From: a virus
DNA length: 64,000 nucleotides
Virus record (IMG/VR): IMGVR_UViG_3300037297_000195
Span: 1-64,000 of that record
Reading direction: 5' to 3' (one strand)
Shown here: positions 8,031-17,625 of the stretch, piece after piece
How positions within the stretch are numbered: position 1 is the first letter of the stretch
Layout: each line of letters begins with the position of its first letter
Made by a program: the position numbers and the translations under genes
The notes under the pieces: generated by a model
Told to the model about the DNA's origin: nothing
What the model saw: the letters and a program-made list of their open reading frames with translations, nothing else
Database searches by the model: none

Positions 8031-8400
8031 GAAAAAGTATGATGTAGAGGCATTAAAGAATCAATATTTTTATGATGATTATTGCCCAAATTGTGAATTT
8101 GAATTTAAGGAGTTAAGAGTCAAAAATTTTGAACTTTGTTTTAATAATGAAGTTGTTGGTCTTATTGCCTGTGAGCGATTTGGTAATTCTGTTGATAGGT
8201 TTAGAAGGCCATATATCAAATACAAAGTTGCTTTATATTTGATGGATAAAAATCTTGCAATATATCATTTTATGCATGGGTTTGAGGCAGAATCTTTGGA
8301 GGAATTAAGGGAAAAAGTTATTAATTATTTTGTCTTTAAGGACGCGTTTGATATTGTTAATGATATTGAAAGGAAAATGAATGGTGATGAGGATGTTTAA
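8023..8400 (+). CDS. hypothetical protein
   Basis: ATG 8023 lies 6 nt after GGGAG and overlaps the end of the portal gene. No recognisable motif. Confidence 0.45.
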   Translation: MSEKKYDVEALKNQYFYDDYCPNCEFEFKELRVKNFELCFNNEVVGLIACERFGNSVDRFRRPYIKYKVALYLMDKNLAIYHFMHGFEAESLEELREKVINYFVFKDAFDIVNDIERKMNGDEDV

Positions 8401-9010
8401 ACAGAAACCGGAGTTTAACTTAGGTGATGAGGTTTGGCTTTATGAATATGACGGAGAAATTTGTGAAGCCATTGTTTCTGGCCTTTATTGGAATAGGTTT
8501 ATGGAATCTTGGTTTTATTTTTTGGATGGCGGAATGGGCAAAATTGTGGAAAGCGAGATTCATTTAATCCAAGATGAAAAATCCATGCCCGATTTAACGG
8601 GGAAAGACAATATAGCCTATCTCAACGGGGAAAAAGTTTGTAATGAGATAAATGAGGAAAATTTAGAGGAGTGGGATTTTATTTTAAATAAAGGTGGTGG
8701 CCCTATTTTTAACAAATTATCTCCAGAACAGATAAAACAGGGAAGAGAAGCGATTAAAAATCTTAGTGAGAGGATAAAGCATACAAGCTGTAGATGCCAG
8801 GATGCCCCAGTTGATAACAAAACCAAGCCATCTTATTACAATAAAGGTGGAATTTCTCTCGAAGATGTCATTTTTGCTTACGATTTAGGCCCATTTGAAA
8901 CAATAGCCCTTAAATATCTTGTTCGGTATAAAGAAAAAAACGGGATTGACGACCTTAAAAAAGCCAAGGAATGCATTGATATATTAATTCGGCATATGGA
9001 GAAAGATTGA
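8381..9010 (+). CDS. DUF3310-domain protein
   Basis: C-terminal PSYYNKGGISLEDVIFAYDLGPFETIALKYLVRYKEKNGIDDLKKAKECIDILI fits the DUF3310 pattern (P.HY...e.i.vi....f..gNaiKYl.R...K....dl.KA..yl). Confidence 0.55.
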   Translation: MVMRMFKQKPEFNLGDEVWLYEYDGEICEAIVSGLYWNRFMESWFYFLDGGMGKIVESEIHLIQDEKSMPDLTGKDNIAYLNGEKVCNEINEENLEEWDFILNKGGGPIFNKLSPEQIKQGREAIKNLSERIKHTSCRCQDAPVDNKTKPSYYNKGGISLEDVIFAYDLGPFETIALKYLVRYKEKNGIDDLKKAKECIDILIRHMEKD

Positions 9011-9102
9011 TGAAAGAAAAAATAGCCGATATTGTTTTTAAAGTTCTTTTTGTTGTGTTAAGACCGGTTTATTGGATATTGCATAAATGGGGTAAATTTT
9101 AA
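9010..9102 (+). CDS. 30-aa hydrophobic mini-protein
   Basis: TGATG overlap upstream and TAATG overlap downstream (translational coupling). Sequence MKEKIADIVFKVLFVVLRPVYWILHKWGKF. Confidence 0.3.
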   Translation: MKEKIADIVFKVLFVVLRPVYWILHKWGKF

Positions 9103-10031
9103 TGCATAGCCACGCCCATAATCATCTTCATATCAATGTAATCAGTGGATCAGATCCGACAAAGACTTTGCCATTGCGGAACCGGTTCGCAAGGGAGATG
9201 AGGAAGCGGTTCGATAAGCTTATTCGGTTAATCCGAACTTCAGTATGGGAAGAAGATGTATTTGGTTTAGCTCCAAGGCCTACTATTTTTCAAACTCCAG
9301 GGGAAAGAGCTTTTGAATTCACCACTTCCGAAGAAAAAATAGAATTATATATCAAATGGATTGAGGAACAAATAGCTGCTGAAGCTTTAGAAATTACAGG
9401 CGCTATTCCAAAAATTGGAGATGAAATAACAAAGCATTGGACTGATTTTTGGGTTCATTCGGCATATCAAAAAGGGATCCAGCAAGCCAGGGATGAATTA
9501 AGGAAAATGGGATTTGATATCCCTGACTTTGAAGGTATCACAAGGGGTGGTCAGTATTTAGGCCTGGAATTTAACAAAAGAGTTCATTCAGAACGAATAG
9601 GAAATCTGTATACCCGTGTTTTCCAGGAACTTAAGGGAATCACGGCTGATATGGAAACCAAATTAACTCGGATATTGGCTCAAGGTATTGCTGATGGCCT
9701 ATCCCCAAGGCAATTAGCGAGGGAATTAACGTCTGTTTTAGGAGATGATTTAAATTTAGTTGATAAGTTAGGTCGTTTTATTCCAGCTAAACGTAGGGCG
9801 GAAATGCTTGCCAGAACAGAGATAATTAGAGCGCATTCAGAAGCGAATATAACTGAATATGAGGAACTGGGAGTTAAAGAATTGAGATGGGTTTATGGTG
9901 GCGTTCGATCATGCGAAATATGCGAAGGTAGAAATGGAAAGAAATACCCAATTAAGGAAACAAGAGGAATGATACCGGTTCATCCCAATTGCGGGTGTGC
10001 ATGGGCACCGGTTATAGAAATACCAGATTAA
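9102..10031 (+). CDS. head morphogenesis protein (SPP1 gp7 / Mu F family)
   Basis: RRAEMLARTEIIRAHSEANITEYEELGV...CEICEGRNGKKY...VHPNCGC is the MuF-type C-terminal core. Position is after the portal gene. Confidence 0.85.
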   Translation: MHSHAHNHLHINVISGSDPTKTLPLRNRFAREMRKRFDKLIRLIRTSVWEEDVFGLAPRPTIFQTPGERAFEFTTSEEKIELYIKWIEEQIAAEALEITGAIPKIGDEITKHWTDFWVHSAYQKGIQQARDELRKMGFDIPDFEGITRGGQYLGLEFNKRVHSERIGNLYTRVFQELKGITADMETKLTRILAQGIADGLSPRQLARELTSVLGDDLNLVDKLGRFIPAKRRAEMLARTEIIRAHSEANITEYEELGVKELRWVYGGVRSCEICEGRNGKKYPIKETRGMIPVHPNCGCAWAPVIEIPD

Positions 10032-10045
10032 TTTTGGAGGAAAAA

Positions 10046-11485
10046 GTGGATAAACAAATTAATTTAAAAGTAACGGTTAATTCACCGGCAATAAGACGGC
10101 AGGAGCACGAAGGAAAAAATTATATTATTGCTCCTGTCGTTATATTAACCGAGGGGGTGCATTGTGGAAGTGCAGGAAGGGTATACCATTCCGCTGAGGA
10201 ATTACAAAAACACGTAATGACTTGGAATGGTATCCCCATTACCGTAGGCCACCCTAAAGATGAAAACGATAATCCCATAGCGGCAAATTCACCGGAAGCA
10301 GTGGAACAATTCAGAATTGGCAACCTCTATAACGCTGAATATGCTAATGATCCTCCTCGAATTATAGCTGAAATGTGGATTGATTTAGATATGGTTTCCA
10401 AGAAAAGTCCAGAAACATTAGCGGATTTAAATGCCGGCAAATTGGAAGTTTCAACTGGGATGTATCATGAATCTATAGAAGAAAGTGGCGTCTGGAATAC
10501 AGAAGAATATGATTATAAAGCGTTTGATTATAGGCCGGAACATTTAGCTGCCTTACCTGGGTGGAAAGGTGCTTGTAGTTGGGAAGATGGATGCGGCGCT
10601 CCAAGGATTAACTGTAATGAAGCAATAAAAAACAAGGATAAAATAAAAGAATATGCTATAATAAAACATGAATTATCCCATGGTCAAATAGGCCGTGAAT
10701 TGCAGAATGAAATTGACAAATGGGATAAGGAAAATTTGTTTTATGTGGTTGAGGAAATATATGATAATGATTTTGTTTACAGCGAATATGATATGACTGG
10801 AAACGAGTCTAAAATTAATTATTTCCGGCTTGGATATAGCAAAACAAGGGATGATAAAATTTCATTAGCTGACCAAACAGAAAAAGAGGAGGTGAGGTTA
10901 AAACAGGAATGGGTTAATGCTAATGGGATTAACAGAAATAAAGAAAATAATAATGGAGGAAAGATGACTAAGGAAGAACGAATTGCTGCAATGATTGCTT
11001 GCAATAAGAACGCTTTCACCGAAGATGATAAGCCTTATCTTGAAGGGCTTTCGGAGGAACGCTTGGAAGCATTTGAGCAGTCTGTTGAGCAAAAAGAGGA
11101 ACCGAAACCGGAAGAAAATCCGGAAGGAAATGCCGCCCCGATTAACATTAACGATTTTGAATTGCCTGAAAAAGCGAAAGAGTATATCCGCCAACAGGAT
11201 ATCAGAATGGAAAAGTATGAACAGATGTTCGTTTCTTACGAACAGGAAAAACAGGCAAGGAAACAGTTAGTCGTTAATCAGATTATCGAAAATCCCAGAA
11301 ACGAGTTCACGACTAAGGAACTAATGGACATGGACGATGCCACCCTTAAAAATCTGGCTAAGATGGTCCAGATTAAAGTGAATTACGGCATGGCTCAGGG
11401 TGAAAAACCGACCTCTTTTGATCCTATGGATGGTTTGGTTGTAATGGCCGAACCTGAGCCGATTTATCAGGGAGGTGAAAAATAA
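10046..11485 (+). CDS. DUF2213-like prohead scaffold/protease candidate
   Basis: GTG 10046 lies 5 nt after GGAGG. The N-terminal APVVILTEGVHCGSAGRVYHSAEELQK...WNGIPITVGHP is DUF2213-like. The C-terminal half is an acidic coiled coil, typical of scaffolds. Directly upstream of the capsid genes. Confidence 0.6.
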   Translation: MDKQINLKVTVNSPAIRRQEHEGKNYIIAPVVILTEGVHCGSAGRVYHSAEELQKHVMTWNGIPITVGHPKDENDNPIAANSPEAVEQFRIGNLYNAEYANDPPRIIAEMWIDLDMVSKKSPETLADLNAGKLEVSTGMYHESIEESGVWNTEEYDYKAFDYRPEHLAALPGWKGACSWEDGCGAPRINCNEAIKNKDKIKEYAIIKHELSHGQIGRELQNEIDKWDKENLFYVVEEIYDNDFVYSEYDMTGNESKINYFRLGYSKTRDDKISLADQTEKEEVRLKQEWVNANGINRNKENNNGGKMTKEERIAAMIACNKNAFTEDDKPYLEGLSEERLEAFEQSVEQKEEPKPEENPEGNAAPININDFELPEKAKEYIRQQDIRMEKYEQMFVSYEQEKQARKQLVVNQIIENPRNEFTTKELMDMDDATLKNLAKMVQIKVNYGMAQGEKPTSFDPMDGLVVMAEPEPIYQGGEK

Positions 11486-11970
11486 TGACTACTTATACGA
11501 GTAAACAAATTGGTGTTAGTTCGCACAATTCGAACAAAGAAGAAGCTTACGCCTATGAAGCGTTTTATCCGGGGCACCTGTTGGAATATGATGCCAATGG
11601 ATATTTCAAAAAGCACGCTACTGCTGGCGGGTCTATCGTGGCTCCTATGGTGGCTAAGGAAGATAGTTTACAAGGTAATGGTGTCGATACCGCTTGCACT
11701 GCCGCGAATCAGGCTCCGGCTTGGATGTGCCAAACTGGCGATATTTTCAACTTTCGTGTTAAGGATGGGGAAACAATTGCTATTGGAGATGAAGTCGAAA
11801 GCGCGGGGGATGGCACTATCCAGAAATATGTAGCTGATACGTTTTCTGGGGCTGAAGCTGTTACCGCTTATCCACTAAACATTTTGGGTGTAGCAATGAG
11901 CGCTTGCGATATGTCTGATAGCTCTGCCGCTGACCCGAGCCCGCCTTTTTGCGCGGTCAGAATTCGATAA
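11485..11970 (+). CDS. capsid decoration/cement protein candidate
   Basis: 161 aa, lying between the scaffold and major capsid genes. ATGA-type coupling. Assigned by position only. Confidence 0.4.
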   Translation: MTTYTSKQIGVSSHNSNKEEAYAYEAFYPGHLLEYDANGYFKKHATAGGSIVAPMVAKEDSLQGNGVDTACTAANQAPAWMCQTGDIFNFRVKDGETIAIGDEVESAGDGTIQKYVADTFSGAEAVTAYPLNILGVAMSACDMSDSSAADPSPPFCAVRIR

Positions 11971-11983
11971 GGAGGAACACATT

Positions 11984-13159
11984 ATGGCTGACCACGTAAT
12001 TGGTGCACAAATTGACAATACTCCGGCCGGATGGCATCCCGATGATGCCCCTCAGATCCATTATTTGGAGCCCAAAGAGGGAAATGATGGTAACACTACG
12101 TATGTTGCTCATGGGGAACCGGCTCATAAACTGTTAAATTCCGGCATGAATTTGAACGCCTTGCGTCCATATTTTGCCTGGAATAACAAAACCAAAAAAT
12201 ATGTTCCCGTTTGCAATATGGGAACACAGATTAATGCTGAAGGAAAAGTCGTTCCGAAACCGGTATTGGCTGCGAATGCTACTCTCCGGGAGGATGAATG
12301 GAAAACGATTGACCAAACTGTTCTTCAGGTATCCCGAAAACAGCTTGCTTTTTATCAGTCTTTGGTTGCTTCTGGCCTGACTTTCCCTTTGTCTGATGCC
12401 CTCGGAACCACTGTCTTAGGCTGGGACAAAATGCAGGACGATGACGGGGATGCCCGCCTGACCATGGAACCGGATATCCCGCCCTTGGAAGGCCGTGTAA
12501 CCTATGACAGGGAATACATTCCGATTCCCTTGGTCTGCAAAGGTTTTCGGCTTAATATCCGCGAATTGAACGCTTCCAGGCGTGGTGGAATGCCTCTGGA
12601 TACCGCCATTATGGCCGATGCTACCAGGAAAGTGACCGAACTTATCGAAAAGCTTTCCATTAATGGAACCAATGGCATTACTTATGGTGGTGGAACTCTT
12701 TACGGTATGCTGAACTATGATCACCGTGTTACCGGGACCCTAACTTCGGCATGGACGAACAGCTCCGCAAGAGATCCGCTTGCTGATGTCATTGCCATGA
12801 AGCAGGACAGCTTGGATATTTATCATAACGGACCATGGCGTATGTTCATTCCGACCGGTTATTCCACCGCTTTGGAAGAAGACTACACTTCGGGATATCC
12901 GAAATCGATCAGGAATCGTTTGCTTGAGGTTGAGGGCGTTAACTCTATCCAAACTTTGGATTATATGACCGCTGGCAATGTCGTTATGATGGAAATGGAT
13001 CAGAGGACCATTCGGATGATCGTGGGTTTTGAGCCCAAAACGATTGAGTGGACTTCCATGGGCGGAATGTCTTTCCATTACATGATTATGGCGATTATGG
13101 TCCCGAATCCCAGGGCTGATGCGAACAACCGAACCGGCATTATTCATTATAGTGCTTAG
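11984..13159 (+). CDS. major capsid protein (HK97 fold, encapsulin/Linocin-M18-like)
   Basis: LREDEWKTIDQTV..., IPIPLVCKGFRLNIRELNASRRGGMPLDTAIMADATRKV.E.IEK..ING matches the encapsulin-like capsid pattern. Strong AAGGAGG RBS and locally higher G+C. Confidence 0.85.
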   Translation: MADHVIGAQIDNTPAGWHPDDAPQIHYLEPKEGNDGNTTYVAHGEPAHKLLNSGMNLNALRPYFAWNNKTKKYVPVCNMGTQINAEGKVVPKPVLAANATLREDEWKTIDQTVLQVSRKQLAFYQSLVASGLTFPLSDALGTTVLGWDKMQDDDGDARLTMEPDIPPLEGRVTYDREYIPIPLVCKGFRLNIRELNASRRGGMPLDTAIMADATRKVTELIEKLSINGTNGITYGGGTLYGMLNYDHRVTGTLTSAWTNSSARDPLADVIAMKQDSLDIYHNGPWRMFIPTGYSTALEEDYTSGYPKSIRNRLLEVEGVNSIQTLDYMTAGNVVMMEMDQRTIRMIVGFEPKTIEWTSMGGMSFHYMIMAIMVPNPRADANNRTGIIHYSA

Positions 13160-13202
13160 GTTTTGTTGTATATATCATCTCCCATTTTATTAACCCCGAA
13201 CC

Positions 13203-13235
13203 CCTGTAACCATTATGTTGAATAGTGGTTACAGG
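13203..13235 (+). terminator. 10-bp stem-loop after capsid gene (attenuator/mRNA stabiliser)
   Basis: CCTGTAACCA (13203-13212) pairs with TGGTTACAGG (13226-13235). No clean U-tract follows. Confidence 0.35.
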
Positions 13236-13488
13236 ATTAACAAATAAAAAAGGTGATTGGGTGTATTTATCTTTTTTTGAAAAACAAATTCGGGCATTTT
13301 GTTCAAGCATCGTCGATGATTTTCCAGATGCCAGGATTAAAATAGTTGGAGTGGATTTCGAATTAACCGAAAATATGATTTTTACTAATTATAATAATAG
13401 TTTTTTTATTATAACCCATAAAAAGACAGGGAATATTTATATTAAACCATGTTTTGTTAATAATGATTGTTTAGAAGGAGATGATTAA
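13225..13488 (+). CDS. hypothetical protein
   Basis: The track's GTG start lies inside the hairpin. An in-frame GTG at 13261 after AAAGGTGA is an alternative start. Confidence 0.35.
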   Translation: MVTGLTNKKGDWVYLSFFEKQIRAFCSSIVDDFPDARIKIVGVDFELTENMIFTNYNNSFFIITHKKTGNIYIKPCFVNNDCLEGDD

Positions 13489-13864
13489 GATGCTTTGTAG
13501 ATTTAATGGTGGTAGGAGCGGGAAAGCGTCTCACAAAAAACCCAATGGTGAATTTGCTGTTATTGGCGACGAACTGGAATTAACCTCCAATCAATATGAG
13601 ATGTTCAAAGATCGGTTTACATTAATCGAACAAGACGTTTTCGAGGAAAAAGATCTGCCCTATTTTGGGGTAAAGGTTGGAACAAAATTTCATATTTTCC
13701 ATATCGAAACGGGGGAACAGCAGACAGACGTTCCGCAAACTCGAAAAGAGGTATTGGATTCATACCCTACAATTCAATTCTTTGCGCAAGATGACTGCCC
13801 ATATAAATTCGAACTGAAAGAAAAATCAACTGAAAGTAAATCCGGGATGACTCGGAAGAAATAG
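13481..13864 (+). CDS. hypothetical protein
   Basis: 127-aa ORF that overlaps the upstream ORF by 8 nt. Confidence 0.45.
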   Translation: MIKMLCRFNGGRSGKASHKKPNGEFAVIGDELELTSNQYEMFKDRFTLIEQDVFEEKDLPYFGVKVGTKFHIFHIETGEQQTDVPQTRKEVLDSYPTIQFFAQDDCPYKFELKEKSTESKSGMTRKK

Positions 13865-13871
13865 GTGTGTT

Positions 13872-14234
13872 ATGGAAGAAGGTATTTTGTCATTAGAAAT
13901 GGCGGGTGATGGCATTTTAAAAATTAACACGCCAACTTTTTCAGATGATATTAAAGAAGTGGTTTTTAATGATAAAAGATATCCCGTTTCACAAATGGAC
14001 AAATTAACATTGGTTATTGCTGTTGGCAATGTGATTTATTTTGATATTGTGTTTATTTCGGGGCCAAACAAGCTAATTAAAACCCCATTTATTTCTCATG
14101 ACATTCGTGAATTAATTGTTAATGAAAAAGACTATGAAATAAATGGTAAAAGAGTAAAGGCGATTGAACTTTATGCCGAAAAGGGAGCGTCGGTTTATTT
14201 AGGAATTGATTATCTTCCAGGGCCAATTATCTAA
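13872..14234 (+). CDS. hypothetical protein
   Basis: 120-aa ORF with a TAATG overlap to the first glycan-island gene. Confidence 0.45.
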   Translation: MEEGILSLEMAGDGILKINTPTFSDDIKEVVFNDKRYPVSQMDKLTLVIAVGNVIYFDIVFISGPNKLIKTPFISHDIRELIVNEKDYEINGKRVKAIELYAEKGASVYLGIDYLPGPII

Positions 14235-14941
14235 TGTGGAATATACCCAAAATTTGGGATTCTCCCGTCTGGATAATTGGTGGGGGGAGATCTCTAAAAG
14301 AGCAAGCAGGGATTGAATCCGACATCCCAGATAAGCATCGATTTGAGCTTGTCAACCGATTTCTAAGGCCAAGGTTGGAAGATAAAAGAGTGATCGGCCT
14401 TAATCGATCTTTATCCCTTGGAGATTGGATTGACATAGCCTATTTCGGGGATACCAGGTTTTTAGACTGGTATACGCAAGACATTTTTAATTTTAAAAAT
14501 TTAATTATTTCCTGTGCTATTTTTTTGAATAACCAAATGAACAATGTTAAAAAGGCTGGCATAAAACAGGTAACAAGAAGTCGATATAGAGGAATTGATT
14601 TAACCCGGCCAAGAAATGAGATCGGTTGGTTCGGAAATACTGGAGCAAGCGCTATACATTTAGCGCTTCTTTTGGGCGTAACCAAAATTTATCTACTTGG
14701 ATATGATGGATTTCCTAACCCGAAAAATATTAGAGATAATAATTGGTGGAGTCCATACCCGGATGGTTATGCTAAATCCGTGGAAGGTGCTGAAAAAACA
14801 TATAACGGGTTTAGAAAATCTTTTGATATTGTTGCTAAAGGGTTAACAAAATACAATGTTGAATGTATTAATTTAACTCCAAATACAAAAATAGAGGCAT
14901 TTCCGACTGGCGATTTAGAAGAGGAATTGGAAAAGTGTTAA
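14234..14941 (+). CDS. DUF115 (MptE/Maf)- / GT42 sialyltransferase-like glycosyltransferase candidate
   Basis: VWIIGGGRSLKE and GNTGASAIHLALLLGVTKIYLLGYDGF resemble the GNGPSL and A..LGY..IYL.G.D motifs of Cst-type GT42 / DUF115 enzymes. Confidence 0.45.
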   Translation: MWNIPKIWDSPVWIIGGGRSLKEQAGIESDIPDKHRFELVNRFLRPRLEDKRVIGLNRSLSLGDWIDIAYFGDTRFLDWYTQDIFNFKNLIISCAIFLNNQMNNVKKAGIKQVTRSRYRGIDLTRPRNEIGWFGNTGASAIHLALLLGVTKIYLLGYDGFPNPKNIRDNNWWSPYPDGYAKSVEGAEKTYNGFRKSFDIVAKGLTKYNVECINLTPNTKIEAFPTGDLEEELEKC

Positions 14942-15852
14942 ATTGGAAAGACAGAACAGTAATGGTTATCGGGGATATCATGGTAGATAGGTTTGTATAC
15001 GGCCATTCTGCCAGGTTATCCCCAGATGCTCCTGTCCCGGTTGTGGATAAAGGCTATGAGAGCTTAAGGCTTGGTGGCGCTGGCAATGTAGCCTATAATG
15101 TTCAAGCTCTTGGCGGCAAACCCATTTTAATTGGCGTTACTGGTAATGACTCGTGGGGTGATTTTGTTGATCAATTTTCATTAAATCCTGTAAAAGATTA
15201 TGGCAGAAAAACGCTTTTGAAAATGAGAATTATGTCTGATGGGCAACAAATTGTGAGGCTTGATTGTGGAGATGTTGATAATTTTCCAGAAGATATTAAA
15301 AACCAAATTAAAACGAGAATATTGGCCTTTAGTAATAATATTGATGCAATTATTATTTCTGATTATGGGAAAGGAGTTGTTACAGAAGAAACAATAACGG
15401 CAGTTAATGAAATTCGACAAGGCAAAAATATTCCGTTAATTATCGACCCTAAGCCGTTTAATATTCCCAAATATGGGTGCTGCCCCACGGCTATGATCCC
15501 AAATATTTACGAGTTACAGGCTATTGCCAATACTCAAAATACAGATTTAGCTGTTAAACAATTATTCGCGGCTACTAAATCAAAAAATGTGTTAGTAACA
15601 TGTGGCAAAAATGGGATGATCCTTTACCAGTCTCCTAAAGAAAAAATAGAGATTGATGCTCAACCAGTTAAGCCCTGTTTTGTGGGAGGGGCTGGTGACG
15701 TGGTGGCGGCGGTAATAGGGTTAGGTTTGGCTTCCGGTATGGACATTGAGAAGTGTTCAAGAATAGCGAATTTGGCGGCAAGCATAGCGATTCAGTATGA
15801 TGAAACATGTGTTTGTCATTTGGAAGAACTTTTTGAAAAAATGGAGAGGTGA
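14935..15852 (+). CDS. pfkB-family sugar kinase, HldE/RfaE domain-I-like (heptose-7-phosphate kinase type)
   Basis: VMVIGDIMVDRFVYGHSARLSPDAPVPVV...LRLGGAGNVAYNVQALGG matches the RfaE kinase-domain N-terminus. C-terminal GGAGDVVAA is a pfkB motif. Confidence 0.8.
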   Translation: MLNWKDRTVMVIGDIMVDRFVYGHSARLSPDAPVPVVDKGYESLRLGGAGNVAYNVQALGGKPILIGVTGNDSWGDFVDQFSLNPVKDYGRKTLLKMRIMSDGQQIVRLDCGDVDNFPEDIKNQIKTRILAFSNNIDAIIISDYGKGVVTEETITAVNEIRQGKNIPLIIDPKPFNIPKYGCCPTAMIPNIYELQAIANTQNTDLAVKQLFAATKSKNVLVTCGKNGMILYQSPKEKIEIDAQPVKPCFVGGAGDVVAAVIGLGLASGMDIEKCSRIANLAASIAIQYDETCVCHLEELFEKMER

Positions 15853-15856
15853 TTAG

Positions 15857-16870
15857 GTGAAAGCGGCAGTATTAACAAAACAAAATAGCCCATTAAAATT
15901 AATGGATTTGATGCTCCCCCCTAAACTTGCTCCAGGGCAGGTGATCGTTAAGGTCGAATATTCTGCCATATGTGGAAAACAAATTAATGAAATTAACGGA
16001 AATGAGGGGCCGGATAAATATCTACCCCATTTGTTAGGCCATGAAGGATCTGGATTCGTTTTTGAAGTCGGTCCCGGAGTAACAAAAGTTAAACCTGGCG
16101 ATTATGTGGTTTTGCATTGGCGAAAGGGAAGTGGGATTGATGCGAAGCCGCCCAAATATAAGGATATGAATTCAGATATGGTAATTGGGGCTGGTCCTAT
16201 TGCCACGTTTGCGGATATGGCCGTTATTAGTGAAAATAGGATGACTAAAATCCCATTCTATTTCGAGAATAGGCTTGATGAGGCTTGTCTTTTGGGTTGT
16301 GGTGTTACTACTGGTTTGGGATTGATAAACAATGAAGCGAAATTGAAAATAGGCCAGTCTATTTTGATTATTGGTTGCGGTGGTGTTGGATTAAATGTAA
16401 TCCAAGGCGCTAAAATGGTTTCTGCCGGATTTATTGCCGTTTCGGATATTAATGAAGACCGGCTAAAGAAAGCAGAATGTTTTGGGGCTGATTGTTTAAT
16501 TGATAATGTTTTGCATGTTGATTCATCGTTTAATGTGGTGGTTGATTGCACTGGTAACCCTGAAATTATTAGCCATGCTTTTGGTTTGGTCCTTCCTGGT
16601 GGGAAATTAGTATTAGTTGGGCAACCTATTGATGGATTACCGGTCACATTTCCGTATATGAACCAGCATTATAAAGGAAAAATGCTAATGGATTCTCAGG
16701 GGGGGTTAACGAATCCCGATAAAGATATTCCAAGATATATTAATTTGGCATATATGGATAGGCTAAACCTTAAGGATCAGATTGCTAAAGTATTCCCATT
16801 GAATGATATCAATTTGGCCATTGAAGCACACTCCAAGGTGGCTGGAAAGGTTCTGGTGAGAATGGCATGA
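15857..16870 (+). CDS. zinc-type medium-chain (alcohol/polyol) dehydrogenase
   Basis: GHEGSGFV zinc-ligand motif, GDYV, and the Rossmann segment ILIIGCGGVGLN. Confidence 0.8.
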   Translation: MKAAVLTKQNSPLKLMDLMLPPKLAPGQVIVKVEYSAICGKQINEINGNEGPDKYLPHLLGHEGSGFVFEVGPGVTKVKPGDYVVLHWRKGSGIDAKPPKYKDMNSDMVIGAGPIATFADMAVISENRMTKIPFYFENRLDEACLLGCGVTTGLGLINNEAKLKIGQSILIIGCGGVGLNVIQGAKMVSAGFIAVSDINEDRLKKAECFGADCLIDNVLHVDSSFNVVVDCTGNPEIISHAFGLVLPGGKLVLVGQPIDGLPVTFPYMNQHYKGKMLMDSQGGLTNPDKDIPRYINLAYMDRLNLKDQIAKVFPLNDINLAIEAHSKVAGKVLVRMA

Positions 16871-17625
16871 GCTATATATACGATTTATGGCAGAGATTAC
16901 GGCCCTATGATTGTGGCCTTGAAAAAATGAGGCTTGGTCGTGAAGGGGATGGCGGTTATGTCGTTTCCCGTGAAGCCTTAATGGCTTCCTCCCATTTAAT
17001 TTCATTCGGCATTGGTGATGATTGGTCGTTTGAAATGGATGCAATCAGAGCAAATCCAGATATTCAAGTGTTTGCTTATGACAAAGAAGACAATTTTGAA
17101 CTGAGAAGCCAAAGCCGGATTAAGTTTTTCAAGTCTGATGTGGTGAGAGATTTACCTTATGCCCCTGAAAATTCAACGCTTAAAATTGATATAGAGGGAG
17201 GGGAATGGGAGTATTTAGACAATATAGACCTTGGTTTTTTTGTTAATCAATTGATAATCGAATTTCATTTGTTTGATGTGGGAGTCCCAAATAGGGTTTT
17301 AACTAAATATTTCCATAATCTTTATTCTAATGTTGTGAAAAATTTTAACAATAATCTTTTCGAAAATTACGAAATGACTATTGGGGAAATACTTAATAAT
17401 TTTGTTCTTTTTCATATTCATCCTAATAATTCACTTAAGCTGGTTGATGTTAACGGGTATCTGTTCCCACCATTAATCGAGTGTTCATTCATCAATAAGA
17501 AATTTGTTAATGATAAAATTCCAATGAGTTTTGACCATTTCCCGTTTGATGGTTTGGATTTTCCGAACAAAATAGACCGATCAGACATTAAACTCCAGTT
17601 TGCAGTGAGGCAAGATAATGAGTGA
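16867..17625 (+). CDS. FkbM / Methyltransf_22-like methyltransferase candidate
   Basis: The GREGDGGYVV, SFGIGDDWSFE and LKIDIEGGEWEYL motifs are characteristic of that family. Confidence 0.55.
   Translation: MSYIYDLWQRLRPYDCGLEKMRLGREGDGGYVVSREALMASSHLISFGIGDDWSFEMDAIRANPDIQVFAYDKEDNFELRSQSRIKFFKSDVVRDLPYAPENSTLKIDIEGGEWEYLDNIDLGFFVNQLIIEFHLFDVGVPNRVLTKYFHNLYSNVVKNFNNNLFENYEMTIGEILNNFVLFHIHPNNSLKLVDVNGYLFPPLIECSFINKKFVNDKIPMSFDHFPFDGLDFPNKIDRSDIKLQFAVRQDNE

Noticed and set aside
11510-11833. 107-aa alternative-frame ORF inside the decoration-protein gene
   Set aside because: It is a same-strand overlap without an RBS, and its translation is Leu/Arg/Trp-rich, typical of an off-frame reading.
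12416-13147. Two minus-strand ORFs (102 and 135 aa) inside the major capsid gene
   Set aside because: They are antisense shadows of a well-supported, relatively GC-rich capsid gene. They have no RBS, low-complexity His/Gly/Asn-rich translations, and run opposite to the operon.
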